NCBI GenBank assembly: GCA_964477025.1
Contig: CAYZDH010000001.1
Coordinates: forward strand, 1-44,975
Reading direction: 5' to 3'
Origin: an uncultured Rhodospirillaceae bacterium
GTDB taxonomy: Bacteria > Pseudomonadota > Alphaproteobacteria > MPNO01 > UBA2964
Length of the DNA: 44,975 nucleotides
Shown piece after piece: positions 16,174 through 27,263 of this stretch. The translations under genes were made by a program, and so were the position numbers. The notes under the pieces were generated by a model. The model saw only the letters and a list, made by a program, of their open reading frames with translations. It ran no database searches and had not been told where the DNA came from. How positions within the stretch are numbered: position 1 is the stretch's first letter; the number at the start of each line of letters is the position of its first letter.

Positions 16174-17595
16174 ATGATGTCAGGACCAAAGACATTATTC
16201 GATAAGATTTGGCAAAGTCATTTGGTGGATGAACAAGATGACGGGACGTGTCTTATCTATATCGATCGGCAATTGATTCATGAAATTACTAGTGCACAGG
16301 CATTTGATGGCTTGCGCGAATCCGGTCGCAAGGCAAGGCGCCCTGAGGCAAACCTCTGCGTACCGGATCATAACGTGCCGACCACGCCTGGTCGCGGCGG
16401 TACTGATGAGATTGAAGATGACGATTCTCGTATCCAGCTAGAAGTTCTAGAAAAGAATGCTGCAGAGTTTGGTCTTCCGTATATTTCAATAAATGATGAA
16501 CGCCAGGGAATCGTGCACGTCATTGGGCCCGAGCAAGGTTTTACTCAGCCCGGCGTGACGTTAGTTTGTGGTGACTCTCATACGGCAACCCACGGTGCTT
16601 TTGGCGCGCTGGCTTTTGGTGTTGGAACCTCAGAGGTTGAGCATGTGCTTGCTACACAGACTTTGATCCAGCGCCCAGCTAAAAATATGCGTATCACTGT
16701 CAATGGTTCATTGCCTGAGGGCTGCACGGCCAAAGACCTTGTTTTAGCTATTATTGGTAAAATTGGAACTGCTGGCGGCACCGGGCATGTCATTGAATAT
16801 GCTGGCCCCGCGATTGAAGAGCTGTCGATGGAAGGCCGGATGACGGTTTGTAATATGACAATTGAAGCGGGCGCCCGTGCTGGGCTAGTTGCCCCTGATG
16901 AGAAGACTTTCGAGTATTTAAAAGGTCGTGCGCAGTGTCCGAAAGGTGCGCAGTGGGAATTAGCGGTTGAGCGTTGGAGCAAGTTGCCCTCTGATCCTAA
17001 TGCGACTTATGACACTGAAGTGGAACTTGATGTTTCCGAAATTGTCCCGCAGGTAACTTGGGGAACAAGCCCCGAAGATGAGATCGGGATTACTAGTGTT
17101 GTGCCAAACCCCGCTGAGATCGTGGACGCAAATCGTCGCTCGGCGATGGAGCGCTCTCTCGAATACATGGACCTTAAACCAGGAACAAAGATGACTGATA
17201 TTCCGGTCGACAAAGTCTTTATTGGCTCCTGTACAAATTCTCGAATAGAGGATATGCGGGCTGCAGCAGCAATTGCCGAGGGCCGTAAGGTAGCAGATTC
17301 CGTTTATGCAATGGTCGTTCCGGGATCTGGATTGGTAATAATGCAGGCTGAGTAAGAGTGTCTAGATAATATCTTTACCGAAGCAGGGTTTCACTGGCGT
17401 GAGCCAGGTTGTTCAATGTGTCTCGCTATGAATGGGGACATGTTGCAGCCAGGTGAACGATCGGCTTCTACGTCAAATAGGAATTTCGAGGGCCGCCAGG
17501 GCCCTGGAGGTAGAACTCATCTTGTAAGTCCGATGATGGCAGCGGCAGCTGCTATCGCGGGCCACCTGGCAGACGTACGCGATTTGATCAAGTAA
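16174..17595 (+). pseudogene. leuC: 3-isopropylmalate dehydratase large subunit, interrupted by an in-frame TAA at 17356-17358
   Basis: The ATG at 16174 follows a GAAGGGAG RBS. The ORF stops at ...[11 protein letters not shown]. The same frame continues [26 protein letters not shown]...NRNFEGRQG...HLVSP... to the TAA at 17593-17595. Confidence 0.7.
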
Positions 17596-17607
17596 GGAGA
17601 TGCTATA

Positions 17608-18222
17608 ATGGAAAAGTTTACAAAATTAACGGCTGTGGCAGCCCCTTTACCAATCGTTAACTGCGATACGGACAAAATCATTCCGGCGCGCTTTTTAAAG
17701 ACACTGACACGCACTGGACTTGGCAAAAATTTATTTGATCCGCTGCGTTATGACCCTAAAACGGGAAATGAAAATCTTGATTTTGTGCTCAATAAACCAG
17801 CATACCGAAATGCAGAGATTCTCGTTGCCGGTCATAATTTCGGCTGTGGATCTTCCCGCGAACATGCTCCCTGGGCCTTGTTAGATTTTGGTATTAGATG
17901 TGTCATTTCGACAGATTTTGCAGACATTTTCTATAACAACAGCTCAAAGAACGGCATACTTTTGATCAAAGTAACGCCGGAGGAGTTAGAGAAATTAATG
18001 GGAGACGCTGAACGTGGTGCTAATGCAACCATGACAGTAGATCTCGAAAATCAGGAAATCACTAACTCCGATGGTGAAAAAATTACCTTTGAAGTAGATT
18101 CCTTTAAAAAACATTGCCTTCTTAATGGTCTTGATGACATTGGACTCACTTTACAGAAAGAATCATCGATTTCGTCTTACGAGGAAAAACAGAAAGCGTC
18201 AGAGCCCTGGCTCTATGCATAA
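17608..18222 (+). CDS. leuD: 3-isopropylmalate dehydratase small subunit
   Basis: 204 aa with [17 protein letters not shown], preceded by an AAGGAGA RBS. Confidence 0.95.
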   Translation: MEKFTKLTAVAAPLPIVNCDTDKIIPARFLKTLTRTGLGKNLFDPLRYDPKTGNENLDFVLNKPAYRNAEILVAGHNFGCGSSREHAPWALLDFGIRCVISTDFADIFYNNSSKNGILLIKVTPEELEKLMGDAERGANATMTVDLENQEITNSDGEKITFEVDSFKKHCLLNGLDDIGLTLQKESSISSYEEKQKASEPWLYA

Positions 18223-18247
18223 CGCTCGACATAATCCGATGTAATTT

Positions 18248-18280
18248 GGGCGGGCCTTCGGGCCCGCCATTTTTTTATTT
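18248..18280 (+). terminator. Rho-independent terminator after leuD
   Basis: GGCGGGCC-TTCG-GGCCCGCC forms an 8-bp GC stem with a tetraloop, followed by A and seven T. Confidence 0.8.
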
Positions 18281-18360
18281 CGAAACGGGGACTCCCAACC
18301 TAGGCATCGGTATGTTAGAGCTTCGCGCGGAAAAAGATTACATTTAGAAGGAAAGTCTCG

Positions 18361-19473
18361 ATGGCTGCCAATAAAAAGGTATTGATGTTGCCCGGCGATG
18401 GAATTGGTCCCGAAGTTATGGGTGAGGTGGGCCGTGTGATGGACTGGATGGCGGACAATCGACAGGTTAGCTTTGATACTGAAGAGGATATCATAGGTGG
18501 CGCTTGTATTGACGAACATGGTGTACCTATGAAGGAGGAGACGATCGCGGCCGCCAGAGCCGCTGACGCAGTTTTACTAGGGGCGGTCGGCGGCCCTAAA
18601 TGGGATAACGTCGATTTTGATATACGACCGGAAGCTGGTCTCCTCCAAATCCGCAAGGAACTTGGATTATTTGCGAATTTGCGTCCTGCGATAGTGTTTG
18701 ATGCGCTAGCCGATGCCTCAAGTTTGAAACGCGAAATAGTCGCTGGTTTGGACATTCTGATCGTTCGTGAGCTTACGGGGGGCATCTATTTTGGAGAACC
18801 GCGAGGTGTTGAGGATTTATCAGGTGGTGGTAAGCGCGGATATAATTCATTGGTTTACACCACGCCGGAAGTGGAGCGGATTGCCAGGGTAGGCTTTGAG
18901 CTTTCCATGAAACGCAACAAGAAACTTTGCTCAATCGATAAAGCTAACGTTCTCGAAAGCACAAAAATGTGGCGAGAGGAAGTTGTTCGTATCGCGCCAG
19001 ATTATCCCGATGTCGAGCTTTCCCATATGCTGGTCGATAATGCTGCGATGCAGCTAGTACGTGATCCCAAACAATTTGACGTCATTGTCACGACCAATAT
19101 GTTTGGCGACATTTTGTCGGATTGCGCCTCCATGGCGACTGGATCGCTTGGCATGCTGCCTTCGGCGTCATTGGGCGCTCCGGATCCCAGTGGCAAGCGC
19201 AATGCGCTTTATGAGCCGGTACATGGCACTGCGCCTGATATTGCTGGGCAAGGTAAGGCTAATCCGCTAGCGATGATGTTAAGTTTTGCAATGATGCTGC
19301 GCTACTCATTTGATATGGGAGAGGATGCCGATAATGTTGAGTCTGCGGTAGAAGCAGTTCTGGACGCAGGGTTGCGCACAGGAGATATTATGTCAGAGGG
19401 CATGAAATTGGTTTCGACCGAAGAGATGGGCAAAGCGGTAATCGCAGAGATAGATAAAATCTTCGCATCGTAA
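18361..19473 (+). CDS. leuB: 3-isopropylmalate dehydrogenase
   Basis: 370 aa with [21 protein letters not shown] and NMFGDILSD motifs. Confidence 0.96.
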   Translation: MAANKKVLMLPGDGIGPEVMGEVGRVMDWMADNRQVSFDTEEDIIGGACIDEHGVPMKEETIAAARAADAVLLGAVGGPKWDNVDFDIRPEAGLLQIRKELGLFANLRPAIVFDALADASSLKREIVAGLDILIVRELTGGIYFGEPRGVEDLSGGGKRGYNSLVYTTPEVERIARVGFELSMKRNKKLCSIDKANVLESTKMWREEVVRIAPDYPDVELSHMLVDNAAMQLVRDPKQFDVIVTTNMFGDILSDCASMATGSLGMLPSASLGAPDPSGKRNALYEPVHGTAPDIAGQGKANPLAMMLSFAMMLRYSFDMGEDADNVESAVEAVLDAGLRTGDIMSEGMKLVSTEEMGKAVIAEIDKIFAS

Positions 19474-19546
19474 TAAAAAAATTTCTTGTTGAACTCTCTC
19501 TATAGTCTTAATATTCGTGAGTAAGTAATCCGGAAAGGCATTACGC

Positions 19547-19711
19547 ATGCAGTATCTTTTAGGCGTAACATCAGCAGTTTTATTTGTACTCGCAACTGTT
19601 ATGGGAGCCCATGCCTGCAGCGCAAGCCATAGCAAATCTGTAGGTATTTCTTCGTCGATACATACGGTTGATGCCCCAATTGTGACGCCGAAGCCGAAAA
19701 CGGGCGGCTGA
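19547..19711 (+). CDS. Possible small secreted protein (54 aa), below the ORF-track length cutoff
   Basis: A GGAAAGG RBS lies 8 nt before the ATG. The product MQYLLGVTSAVLFVLATVMGAHACSAS... has a hydrophobic signal-like N-terminus. There is no homology evidence. Confidence 0.35.
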   Translation: MQYLLGVTSAVLFVLATVMGAHACSASHSKSVGISSSIHTVDAPIVTPKPKTGG

Positions 19712-19955
19712 GAATTTTAATTTAATTATGCAAGCTGCGCGCCCAGGTGGTTGGAGCGCCTTAAACTCAGACATTTAGGGTGGCTCGCAAGTGGGGGATG
19801 CCTTTAATATAGGCTTGTTCGCGTTAACTTTTTGGGCGTTAACTTGCAATTACAAATACAATCATAACTTGAAAAACTCTACTCAGGGTCGTAATTGAAC
19901 GCATCGGTTTTTGCAGAATTTTATGATCATTGTTGATTTACATAGGAACTAGACT

Positions 19956-21029
19956 ATGGGGTATAAAGTCGCTGTTGTTGGCGCCACTGGCAATGTAGGC
20001 CGTGAAATCTTGCAGACTCTTTCTGAGCGAGCATTTCCGGTTGATGAAATTGTAGCATTAGCTTCCGAGCGCTCATCTGGACGTGAGGTCTCGTTTGGTG
20101 AAAAGGATATACTCAAAGTTCAGGAACTGAAAGATTTTGATTTTACTGGATTTGATGTTGGGTTGTTCTCCCCAGGCGCAAAAGTTTCCGCGATACATGG
20201 GCCACGCGCAGCTAAGGCGGGGTGTGTGGTGATTGACAACACCTCTGAATTCCGAATGGATCCTGACGTCCCCCTTGTCATACCAGAAGTAAATTCAGAA
20301 GCGATCGAGCTTCATACAAAAAGAAATATTATTGCTAATCCAAATTGCTCAACGATTCAGTTGGTTATGGCTTTGAAGCCATTGCATGATGCAGCAAAAA
20401 TTCGGCGGGTAGTGGTTTCAACATATCAGTCTGTTTCCGGCGGCGGTAAGGCTGCTATGGACGAATTATTTAATCAGACGCGGGGAATTTTTGTAAACGA
20501 CCAGGCTGTCCCAGACCAGTTCACTAAGCAGATAGCTTTTAATGTCATCCCCCATATCGATGCCTTTATGGAGGATGGTGATACCAAGGAAGAATGGAAA
20601 ATGAGGGTTGAGACTAAAAAAATTCTCGACCGAGATCTTAAAATCAGCGCTACATGCGTGCGAGTACCAGTATTTGTCGGGCACGCAGAATCCGTAAATG
20701 TCGAGCTTGTGAACGAGTTAACAGTAGATCAGGCTCGCAACCTTTTTCGTTCTATGCCGGGTGTCACTTTAATCGATCATCGAGCTGATGAAGGTTATGT
20801 TACGCCTGTAGAATGTGCGGGCGATGACATGGTGTACGTCAGTCGCGTTAGGAAAGATCCAAGCATAAAATTTGGACTTTCATTCTGGTGTGTGTCTGAC
20901 AATTTACGTAAAGGAGCCGCGCTCAACGCAGTGCAGATCGCTGAGCACCTTTTTGGTGTGCAACCGGTCGAGTTAAATGAGGATGACGAAAAATATCTCA
21001 CATTGGCAGTAGATGATCTGGCCGACTAG
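19956..21029 (+). CDS. asd: Aspartate-semialdehyde dehydrogenase
   Basis: VGATGNVG, NPNCSTIQ (catalytic Cys) and SGGGKAAMDEL motifs. An acidic C-terminal extension of about 25 aa is present. Confidence 0.95.
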   Translation: MGYKVAVVGATGNVGREILQTLSERAFPVDEIVALASERSSGREVSFGEKDILKVQELKDFDFTGFDVGLFSPGAKVSAIHGPRAAKAGCVVIDNTSEFRMDPDVPLVIPEVNSEAIELHTKRNIIANPNCSTIQLVMALKPLHDAAKIRRVVVSTYQSVSGGGKAAMDELFNQTRGIFVNDQAVPDQFTKQIAFNVIPHIDAFMEDGDTKEEWKMRVETKKILDRDLKISATCVRVPVFVGHAESVNVELVNELTVDQARNLFRSMPGVTLIDHRADEGYVTPVECAGDDMVYVSRVRKDPSIKFGLSFWCVSDNLRKGAALNAVQIAEHLFGVQPVELNEDDEKYLTLAVDDLAD

Positions 21030-21344
21030 GCTAAGGCCGTATAGTTCGATTAGGGAACTAAATATTTGTGACCGATTGATCGCGCCAACCGGCTCTAAAT
21101 ACCCGCTCCTTGGGTTGCTCGCGGAGAGAGATGGCCTATTTAAACGCAAGATGTTCTAAGACGGCCCCTAGGTTTATGAAACCCAAGCCGACGTTCCAAC
21201 AATCACAAATGTTTCTCCAAAATTTTGCTAGCGTTGCATTTTTATTTTGGTCCTGGTTCATATATGCCCGTTATCCCTTTTTGCAGTTAACGGTCTTGTT
21301 TATAGTAGTATTGAGAAACAAAAAAATTCTATAGGAGTTTTGTT

Positions 21345-22232
21345 ATGCCTGCCGACCGACCCCGCCGCAGCGCCATGTATACCCCTGGCGCTAACAAACG
21401 TGCCTTAGAAAAAGGTCGCGAGGTGCCCGCGGATATCCTCATTATGGATTTAGAAGACGGCGTGGCACCGGACGCGAAAGCTTCGGCACGCGTAAATATT
21501 TTGCACGTTCTGGGAGAGGGTGGCTATGGGCGACGTGAGATAGGTGTTCGAATTAATGGGGTGGGTAGTGAATGGCATGAAGAGGATGTGGCCGCGGTTG
21601 CGACGTCGGGGGCGAATATGATTGTAGTCCCAAAGGTGGATACGGCAGAGACGGTTATTAAAATTGCCATGCATTTAGAACGGTCAGAGGCACCCGAGGG
21701 TATGCAGATTTGGTGTATGATCGAAACCGCACGCGGCGTACTTAATGTAAATACGATTGCGGCAGCACACTCACGAGTGGGCGCGCTTCTTATAGGCTCA
21801 GCTGATTTGACGAAAGATTTAAAGGCCCAACATGTCCCTGATCGCCTTCCTTTGATGACTAGTATCCAACTTTGTATTCTAGCGGCGCGGGCTAATCACC
21901 TCACTATTCTTGACAGCCCATTTTTTGACCTTTCTGATGATGAGGGCTTTCTGGGGTCCTGTCGGCAGGGACGGGCAATGGGGTTTGATGGAAAGACCCT
22001 GCTGCACCCGAAAACGGTCGATGGTGCGAATGCCATTTTCGGTCCTTCTAGAGAAGAAATCGACTGGGCTCACAAAATTACTAAGGCGCATCAGACCGCC
22101 TTGGCTGAAGGCAGAGGTGTAACCCTTGTGGATGGGCAGCTTGTCGAAGGGCTCCACGTAGAAGAAGCTCAGCGGTTAGTCCGCATGGCCGAAAGAATAA
22201 AAGAACTAGAAGAGGCCCGCATACCCTCCTGA
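21345..22232 (+). CDS. HpcH/HpaI aldolase / citrate lyase beta (CitE)-like CoA-ester lyase
   Basis: 295 aa. The N-terminal RRSAMYTPG...ADILIMDLEDGVAP is characteristic of the CitE / malyl-CoA lyase-like family. Confidence 0.8.
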   Translation: MPADRPRRSAMYTPGANKRALEKGREVPADILIMDLEDGVAPDAKASARVNILHVLGEGGYGRREIGVRINGVGSEWHEEDVAAVATSGANMIVVPKVDTAETVIKIAMHLERSEAPEGMQIWCMIETARGVLNVNTIAAAHSRVGALLIGSADLTKDLKAQHVPDRLPLMTSIQLCILAARANHLTILDSPFFDLSDDEGFLGSCRQGRAMGFDGKTLLHPKTVDGANAIFGPSREEIDWAHKITKAHQTALAEGRGVTLVDGQLVEGLHVEEAQRLVRMAERIKELEEARIPS

Positions 22233-22354
22233 TTACCAGGTTTTCTGATTCTAAAAAATCAGATGTTGGATCACCAAAGGTTTTTTTCGTCCAGTCCTTT
22301 GGAATAGCTAGCGTTGATTTGTCTCACTAAAATCGTTGGGGATAGAAAGTTAGT

Positions 22355-22397
22355 TTTTCCACAACTTTTGAACAATTTATTCACAAAATTACCCACA
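22355..22397 (+). promoter_or_regulatory. Three same-orientation DnaA-box-like 9-mers upstream of sdhC
   Basis: TTTTCCACA (22355), TTATTCACA (22377) and TTACCCACA (22389). Each has one mismatch to TTATCCACA, and the spacing is 22 and 12 bp. Confidence 0.25.
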
Positions 22398-22595
22398 GAA
22401 CACCCGGAAATTATTAGCTAGGGGCTTTTAGGTTTGGTTCGCCCCATTGGAGTATCTTAGAAGTGTGGTATCTGGTACTTAATTACTATGAAATTAGCTG
22501 TTGTAATTGACTAGTATTGAGGGAAGGGCTAAAAAATTGGCAGAAGCGCGGGTATGGCCCCATTGCGCATCGAACGACTTATCTGGAAGAGTATA

Positions 22596-22994
22596 ATGGA
22601 CACGCGAGAGCGTCCGCTTTCTCCGCATCTCCAAGTTTATAAGCCTCAGTTGACCTCCATCCTGTCAATAATGCATCGGGTGACTGGCGTTGCTTTGGCG
22701 GCAGGAACCTGTCTCCTCGTTTGGTGGCTTGTTGTGATAGCGCTGGGCGGTGAATATTATACAATTATGCAAAATATCATGGGCAGTTGGTATGGGCGTT
22801 TAACGCTTCTTGGTTGGTCGTTCGCATTATTTTATCATCTCTGTAATGGCATTCGTCATTTATTTTGGGATATGGGAGTGGGGCTGGACCTGCCCAAAGC
22901 ATACCAGTCTGGGTGGCTGGTGGTTGCCGCAGCCATTTCGTTAACCCTCGGTACGTGGGTCTATGCCTATCAGTCAGTAGGTGCGCTACAATGA
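22596..22994 (+). CDS. sdhC: Succinate dehydrogenase cytochrome b556 subunit
   Basis: The start at 22596 (MDTRERPLSPHLQVYKPQ) follows a GGAAGAG RBS. The protein has three hydrophobic helices and precedes sdhDAB. Confidence 0.9.
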   Translation: MDTRERPLSPHLQVYKPQLTSILSIMHRVTGVALAAGTCLLVWWLVVIALGGEYYTIMQNIMGSWYGRLTLLGWSFALFYHLCNGIRHLFWDMGVGLDLPKAYQSGWLVVAAAISLTLGTWVYAYQSVGALQ

Positions 22995-23371
22995 GTTTAC
23001 GCACCGACCTTGGAAAAGTTCGTGGTTTAGGGTCCGCCAAGGAAGGGGTAGGACACTGGTGGGCGCAACGGCTTACTGCGATTGCCCTTATTCCTTTATT
23101 GGTGTGGTTCGTTGCAAGCGTTGTTACGCTCGTTGGGGCAGAACTTATAATTGTCCGCGAGTGGATTAGTGGTCCGGTAAATTCGGTACTTCTTCTCTCC
23201 CTCATTGTCGCGGTGTTTCATCATGCACAGCTCGGCTTGCAAGTTGTTATCGAAGATTATGTCCATACAGGATGGTTGAAGTTAGCCTCCGTTATTGCCG
23301 TCAAATTTGCGGCATTTGGATTGGGTGCGAGGTCTTTGTTTGCCGTTATTAATATAGCGTTAACAGTCTAA
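22991..23371 (+). CDS. sdhD: Succinate dehydrogenase hydrophobic membrane anchor subunit
   Basis: The ATG at 22991 forms an ATGA overlap with the sdhC stop. The product begins MSLRTDLGKVRGLGSAKEGVGHWW.... The ORF-track N-terminal extension lies inside sdhC and is trimmed. Confidence 0.9.
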   Translation: MSLRTDLGKVRGLGSAKEGVGHWWAQRLTAIALIPLLVWFVASVVTLVGAELIIVREWISGPVNSVLLLSLIVAVFHHAQLGLQVVIEDYVHTGWLKLASVIAVKFAAFGLGARSLFAVINIALTV

Positions 23372-23377
23372 TACACC

Positions 23378-25180
23378 ATGGCTAATAACGGTAAATCCTA
23401 CGAAATTATTGATCACACCTATGATGTGGTAGTAATAGGTGCGGGTGGAGCTGGCCTTAGAGCAACTTTTGGTTTGGCCCAAAAGGGATTAAAAACAGCG
23501 TGTATAACTAAGGTGTTTCCGACCCGAAGCCATACCGTTGCTGCTCAGGGCGGCATTTCCGCCGCTCTTGGTAATATGGGGAAAGATGACTGGCGCTGGC
23601 ATTTCTACGACACTGTAAAGGGAGCGGACTGGTTAGGCGATCAAGATGCCATTGAATATATGTGTCGAGAAGCTATGCCTTCAGTTATTGAACTCGAGCA
23701 TTATGGTGTACCTTTTTCGCGGACTGAAAAAGGTGAGATTTATCAGCGTCCCTTTGGGGGCATGACGACAGAATATGGTGAGGGACCGCCGGCACATCGA
23801 ACTTGTGCAGCTGCCGATCGCACAGGCCACGCAATTTTACATACACTTTATCAGCAGTCGCTGCGTAATCAGGCGGAATTTTTTATTGAATATTTTGCGC
23901 TCGATTTAATCCATGACGTCGACGGTAAAATAGCGGGCGTTATCGCTTGGAATTTAGATGATGGTACAATCCATCGTTTCCGGGCACAGACGGTGATTGT
24001 TGCAACCGGTGGCTATGGCCGCTGTTACTTCTCCTGTACTGGAGCACATACGCAAACTGGTGATGGTAGCGCGATGGTGCTCCGGGCCGGGTTGCCGCTG
24101 CAAGATATGGAATTTATTCAATTTCATCCTACAGGTATATATGGGGCTGGGGCTCTAATTACCGAGGGTGTGCGTGGCGAAGGGGGATACCTTACTAATT
24201 CCGAGGGGGAGCGTTTTATGGAACGCTATGCACCTCATGCTAAAGATCTAGCATCCCGCGATGTCGTAAGTCGTTCTATGACGATCGAAATGAATGAAGG
24301 GCGCGGAGTCGGGCCGAACAAGGACTATATCCACCTCCATATTGAGCATTTGGAGCCAGAGGTGATTAATGAGCGCTTGCCGGGCATTTCAGAGACAGCC
24401 CGTATTTTCGCCAATGTTGATGTGAGGCGGGAACCGATCCCGGTCCTGCCAACGGTTCATTACAATATGGGCGGGGTGCCGACGAACTATCTCGGTGAAG
24501 CCCTTATCCCCGTGGGTGATGATCCTGATGTGGTCGTTCCGGGGCTAATGGCAGTTGGTGAAGCTGCCTGCGTTTCGGTCCATGGTGCCAACCGACTGGG
24601 TTCAAACTCACTTCTTGATCTTGTAGTTTTTGGCCGCGCGGCGGCTGATCGTTGTGCTACAACAATTACGCCGGGGGCAAAGCAAGCCGAATTGTCGTCT
24701 GATGCTGGCGAAAATGCATTAGATTGGCTCGATGAAAGGCGTCATGGTAACGGGTCAATGACGACGGCAGAGCTTCGAATCGAGATGCAACGCACCATGC
24801 AAGCACATTGCGCGGTTTTCCGGACTGAAGAGGTCATGGCCGAGGGCGTTGAGAAGATGGCTAAAATCTGGTCTCAAAAAGATAATATGAAGATCTCTGA
24901 TCGCGGGATGGTTTGGAACTCTGATCTCGTTGAAGCCCTTGAATTTGATAACCTACTGCAACAGGCAATGGTCAGCATTCATGGTGCGATAAATCGCACA
25001 GAGAGCAGGGGTGGCCATGCCCGAGAAGATTACCCCGATCGTGATGACGAGGAATGGATGAAACACACCGTTGCATGGCTAAACGATGATGGCACTACTC
25101 GATTTGCGTATCGTCCGGTACATAATGAGACACTAACAGATGATGTCGAGGCTGTTCCACCAAAAGCACGGGTTTACTAA
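23378..25180 (+). CDS. sdhA: Succinate dehydrogenase flavoprotein subunit
   Basis: 600 aa with [10 protein letters not shown] (covalent FAD His), [20 protein letters not shown] and [10 protein letters not shown]. Confidence 0.98.
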   Translation: MANNGKSYEIIDHTYDVVVIGAGGAGLRATFGLAQKGLKTACITKVFPTRSHTVAAQGGISAALGNMGKDDWRWHFYDTVKGADWLGDQDAIEYMCREAMPSVIELEHYGVPFSRTEKGEIYQRPFGGMTTEYGEGPPAHRTCAAADRTGHAILHTLYQQSLRNQAEFFIEYFALDLIHDVDGKIAGVIAWNLDDGTIHRFRAQTVIVATGGYGRCYFSCTGAHTQTGDGSAMVLRAGLPLQDMEFIQFHPTGIYGAGALITEGVRGEGGYLTNSEGERFMERYAPHAKDLASRDVVSRSMTIEMNEGRGVGPNKDYIHLHIEHLEPEVINERLPGISETARIFANVDVRREPIPVLPTVHYNMGGVPTNYLGEALIPVGDDPDVVVPGLMAVGEAACVSVHGANRLGSNSLLDLVVFGRAAADRCATTITPGAKQAELSSDAGENALDWLDERRHGNGSMTTAELRIEMQRTMQAHCAVFRTEEVMAEGVEKMAKIWSQKDNMKISDRGMVWNSDLVEALEFDNLLQQAMVSIHGAINRTESRGGHAREDYPDRDDEEWMKHTVAWLNDDGTTRFAYRPVHNETLTDDVEAVPPKARVY

Positions 25181-25247
25181 GATCTTATGTTTCTAGCACC
25201 GTCTTTATACATCAGCTTCGAAGTTTACGGTTCAATGAGGATACGAC

Positions 25248-26027
25248 ATGGCTGAATTTGCGCTCCCTGCTAATTCAAAAGTTAAAACTGGCAAAACCTA
25301 TAAAGCTGCCCATAGCGCTACCAACTCTAAAAATTTTCAGGTATATCGCTATGATCCTGACAATGGCGAGAATCCTCGTTTAGATACCTACGAAGTTGAT
25401 ATGGACACTTGTGGTCCCATGGTACTTGATGCGTTGATCAAGATTAAGAATGAAATGGATTCCAGCCTTACCTTCCGCCGGTCATGCCGCGAGGGAGTAT
25501 GCGGTTCTTGTGCAATGAATGTTGACGGGACAAATACGCTGTCTTGTATTAAAGCAATTGATGAGATCGATGGTGATGCGAAGGTTTACCCATTGCCGCA
25601 TATGGAAGTTGTTAAAGACCTGGTTCCCGACCTCAAAAGAGCTTACGCGCAATATACCTCGATTGAACCTTGGCTTAAAACCACTAGCCCGCCGCCACCA
25701 GACAAGGAACGGCTGCAAAGTCCAGAAGAAAGGGCTAAGCTCGACGGGCTCTGGGAGTGTGTCTTGTGTTTCTGTTGTTCAACGAGCTGCCCAAGTTATT
25801 GGTGGAATGGGGACCGGTATCTGGGCCCTGCGGCGTTGCTACAGGCCTATCGTTGGATAGCCGATTCTCGTGACGAAGACACTGGTGAGCGTTTGGATAA
25901 TCTCGAGGACCCGTTTCGGCTCTATCGCTGCCACACGATCATGAATTGCACTAAAACCTGTCCAAAAAACCTAAACCCTGCAAAGGCAATTGCCGAGGTC
26001 AAAAAGCTGATGTTGGCTCGTCGTTAA
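25248..26027 (+). CDS. sdhB: Succinate dehydrogenase iron-sulfur subunit
   Basis: 259 aa with [27 protein letters not shown] and [12 protein letters not shown] cluster motifs. Confidence 0.98.
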   Translation: MAEFALPANSKVKTGKTYKAAHSATNSKNFQVYRYDPDNGENPRLDTYEVDMDTCGPMVLDALIKIKNEMDSSLTFRRSCREGVCGSCAMNVDGTNTLSCIKAIDEIDGDAKVYPLPHMEVVKDLVPDLKRAYAQYTSIEPWLKTTSPPPPDKERLQSPEERAKLDGLWECVLCFCCSTSCPSYWWNGDRYLGPAALLQAYRWIADSRDEDTGERLDNLEDPFRLYRCHTIMNCTKTCPKNLNPAKAIAEVKKLMLARR

Positions 26028-26211
26028 AAGCCCCACCTATTTTATTTTGATTAGCATAGGTTCTTTTGGGGTTTCACAATGAATTTTTGCCCGTTTTTCT
26101 TGCGCTTTTTGGTTAAAAAAGGTAGTTACGCGCGCAGTTGAAGCCTATCTCGTCATAAAAAGATGGTTGTTGGCTGATGACACTGCGGAACAAAATCAAT
26201 CAATCGATTGA

Positions 26212-27237
<1,026 letters not shown>

Positions 27238-27263
27238 TTTTTAAGAATAAAGGCAAGTAATCC

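Noticed and set aside
21110-21334. 74-aa ORF in the asd / CitE-like intergenic region.
   Set aside because: It has a non-ATG start, no RBS and an odd composition, and I cannot recognise any homology. The region is more likely the promoter or leader of the CitE-like gene. I also found no convincing RNA structure there.
22233-22595. The chromosomal replication origin, suggested by the DnaA-box-like cluster.
   Set aside because: There are only three imperfect boxes. I saw no AT-rich unwinding repeats or TTAA-N7-TTAA sites, and the gene context (CitE-like / sdhC) is not an expected origin neighbourhood. I kept it only as a low-confidence regulatory candidate.
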